Below, in pieces: positions 61,401 through 64,000 of a stretch of 64,000 nt of DNA. Within the stretch, counting starts at the first letter, position 1; each line of letters starts with the position of its first letter. The notes beneath the pieces are model-generated. The model ran no database searches and was not told the DNA's origin. It saw only the letters and a program-made list of their open reading frames with translations. Source of the stretch: Haliotis cracherodii (Eukaryota); contig NW_027266265.1 of assembly GCF_022045235.1 (NCBI RefSeq), positions 45,570,001 to 45,634,000 of the forward strand. The letters are read 5' to 3'. The position numbers and the translations under genes are program-made.

Positions 61401-63256
61401 GCCTCCGTGGTTCGACAGGAAGACAAATCTCTGACGCTGTCCGTATTCGCGCCTGCTTACATCCCTGTTGGGGAGTGGGACTTCAGTGTGACTACCATCG
61501 TTGATGTCGAGGACGGTGAAGACCTCATCTGGGAGTACAAGCACAACGAACAAATTTATATCATCTTCAACCCCTGGTGTAAAGGTACACGTTTGAGAAG
61601 CAGCATTGGGTCGATCAGCACATCGCGAGCTTGACGCTGCCACCATTCTTTAATTTGTGTATGCAAAGATAGTCTGTATGAAAAATATGTTTTGTTCTGT
61701 GGTCAGTGTGTATCCATAAACGACTCATCACAATCCGGATTGCTTAAGCAAACTATTTTTGTATGTTCTGATTCACAGGCCTGGAACAACACTTAGTTCG
61801 ATTATTATATGCGTATTGAATACGGTAAAATGGTCCCAATTTGCTTAATCGCTATTGCAGGTTTTTTGCGAAACTTTAGGGTGCTGAAAGATTCTGAGCC
61901 TAATTCTGGTTTACTGCGTTGATGGAGTTGTTTGCTAATTTTTTTTATCATAATCCCCTCCAAGGTCCACACACTTCTGGCAGCGATGCTGGGGTGCCTG
62001 GATCCTACTGATGTAGAAAGCTTGCCATTTGAGGTGTACGTTATTGCCATTTCCACAATCTTGCCAGACAGTTCTTTTTTCAAATGTGGGAGGAGCTGCC
62101 ACATCTGAAGAATACGGAGGATGTTCAATGCGTTCAAAGTCAGTCATGCATTGTACTTGGAGTGGATTTTCTACGACGTTGCTTTGCTATTCTGTCTGTT
62201 GCCGCAGCAGATTAGCATATTATTGTTCATTAATTTATTACCTCTCGGGAGGTAGTCCACCAGTAGGCTTCCTTGGGAATCCTAGAAAACCGAAGCTATT
62301 ACTTTGTCAGTTCATGTAACAGACTTTGCCTTCCCTGAAGGAGGAAACGTTAGATGCTTCCACTGCTTTGACTGTTGACTCCCATTGATAGTATAGAATC
62401 CAAGACTCATCCATAGTTACAAATCGTTCAACAAAACCAGCTGGATCTGCTTCTGACGAGATGTGATTAACGTAGAACGTTTTGTCATCAGGAGTCTGAA
62501 GACCTGGAATCCGGTGTGCTGAAAACTGTCATGCCCAGTTCTCAAAAATCTCATTAGAGATGCCCACTGTATTGGTTATTTAACGTGTGGCGAGTCGCCG
62601 ATCATCCATAGAGGTTATCACGCGAGTGTGTTTGGGGATGGTAAATATCCTGAATTAGGAATAAACATTGTATTTAGCGAGCCTTGGCATCTTCAAAGCC
62701 CTCGCTTCCCCTCCGCTGCCCGCCTCTTAACAGTGGCAAAGGAGTATTATCTCTCATTTTGCAGCCATGTACACATGGATGGTTGATGGCGCTAGCCCAT
62801 TTGCTTGGAGATGCTTAATGACAGGGCGTAACCAATTTTGTCTACAGAGAATACATATTAATTAATTTGGTGCTTGCAGAAATGTGCTGTCTGGTTGTGT
62901 ACTCGGTTCATATGCAGCCTGTGAGCATGGAATGTATCGTACTTAATACATGCAAACAGTTAGGCATGTACTGTACATGTAGTTAGGTTCAGAATGTTTT
63001 AGCCACCCATCGTGTACCTAAACCGACTCGAAAGACACAAGGCTCAGTCGTCATTGAAGAACAACTGAACAGTAACATTTGCATCGTGGTTCGTGATGTA
63101 AGTGAGCCCTCAGTCTCCACCCTCTGCTCTATTACAGATGACTGGGTGTACCTTGAACATGAGGACTGGATGAAAGAAGCTCTTCTCAGTGACTCGGGAG
63201 TGTTGTATTTTGGCAGCCCATCAAGAGTCGGTGCCCGTCCTTGGTGTTTCGGTCAG
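58412..63256 (+). CDS. TGM: Transglutaminase paralog TG-3, 3'-partial: 58412-58464, 59071-59186, 60337-60615, 61312-61584, 63138-63256
   Basis: GCCGCCATG start. Spliced frame reads MFRRYGG...LVLRRGQEF...IFNPWCKDDWVYL...WCFGQ. Exon sizes 273 and 119 equal TG-2. Catalytic exons lie beyond the window. Confidence 0.9.
59071..59186 (+). CDS. TG-3 exon (VIPSDDSVYPTYSYGRRRAR...)
   Basis: ttcag|...|gtatat; phases fit. Confidence 0.78.
60337..60615 (+). CDS. TG-3 beta-sandwich exon (LVLRRGQEF)
   Basis: ctag|...|gtatgt; 279 bp. Confidence 0.92.
60746..60923 (-). mobile_element. SINE family A copy
   Basis: Full-length reverse copy with 12-bp TSD. Confidence 0.85.
61312..61584 (+). CDS. TG-3 exon (...PVGEW...IFNPWCK)
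   Basis: tacag|...|gtacac; 273 bp. Confidence 0.92.
61860..62800 (-). mobile_element. Degraded mariner transposon remnant
   Basis: Minus strand ERFVTMDESW (first catalytic D) and HPPYSSDVA (YSPDLAP-like); many lesions; ends approximate. Confidence 0.72.
63138..63256 (+). CDS. TG-3 exon (DWVYLEHEDW...WCFGQ)
   Basis: tacag|...|gtaata; 119 bp. Confidence 0.92.
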
Positions 63257-64000
63257 GTAATACAGCTACTGTGTGCTGGCCGGTCTGTTCTTTTATTGCC
63301 CCGGATTCTTTCCGAAGAGACCTCGAACTCGGTTAATCTGAAATATATTAATCTCAACTTACTCACTCACTCACTCACTCAAAAGTGTATAGTTATAGAG
63401 AAAATTACCAGTTTATGATACATGTAAAGAACCCAACCAATACCGAAATATTTCAAATTTTGAGTTCGTTTTGTTTTGATCTTGAGCCCAATTCATCACC
63501 AGTAGAGTTTAAATGTATAAAAATAAAAAATAAAAAATGTTGCTTTATGCGCTTCAAATATTCACAGTAAACTACCTTTGCCTCCGCGTATACTCTGAGT
63601 ACACGACCCATAAAGATCCTGGGTAGGTCTTCAGCAACCCATGCTTGCCGTAAAAGGCGACTATGCTTGTCGGGTCGCTGACTTTTGTTGATGCATATCA
63701 TCGCATCCCAAATGCGTGGATCGATGCTCATGATGTCAGTCAGCGGATTGTCTGGTCCAGACTCGATTATTTACAGGCCGCCGTCATATAGGGGGAATAA
63801 TGCTGAGTGCGGCGTTAAACAGCACAAAACAAACTCTGGGTATGCACATATCCAACGATGACCCCTCAAAATCCACTAAGTCCTTTGCATGAGTTCCAAA
63901 CTTGCAATGGGTACCAGCCATTCTCTGTCTTGCGTTACGTCGCTATGTGGCTGAAACAATGCTGATGCGACGTTAAATTTTAACTCACTCACAAACACAC

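Overview
Eukaryotic, intron-rich, repeat-rich animal DNA. The SINE repertoire suggests a gastropod mollusc such as abalone, which is an inference. The window holds a head-to-tail + strand array of three transglutaminase (protein-glutamine gamma-glutamyltransferase) paralogs: TG-1 (last 12 exons, 348-12136), TG-2 (complete, 17 coding exons, 30763-51411, about 874 aa) and TG-3 (first 5 coding exons, 58412-63256). All exons were reconstructed by hand with GT-AG boundaries and consistent phases. The Cys-His-Asp triad is intact in TG-1 and TG-2. Introns and spacers contain four SINE families, R4/Dong-like and CR1/L2-like LINE remnants, a Tc1 DD34E element, mariner remnants, MITEs and large minisatellites. 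Most notable: (1) the catalytic-Cys exon is almost nucleotide-identical between otherwise divergent TG-1 and TG-2, suggesting exon-limited gene conversion; (2) TG-2 has alternative promoters and first exons predicting N-myristoylated (MGNLFS) versus non-acylated isoforms, ahead of an Arg/Tyr-rich disordered N-terminus; (3) three TG-2 minisatellites are tandem amplifications of the gene's own splice junctions; (4) two co-varying hairpin elements carry hammerhead-like cores.
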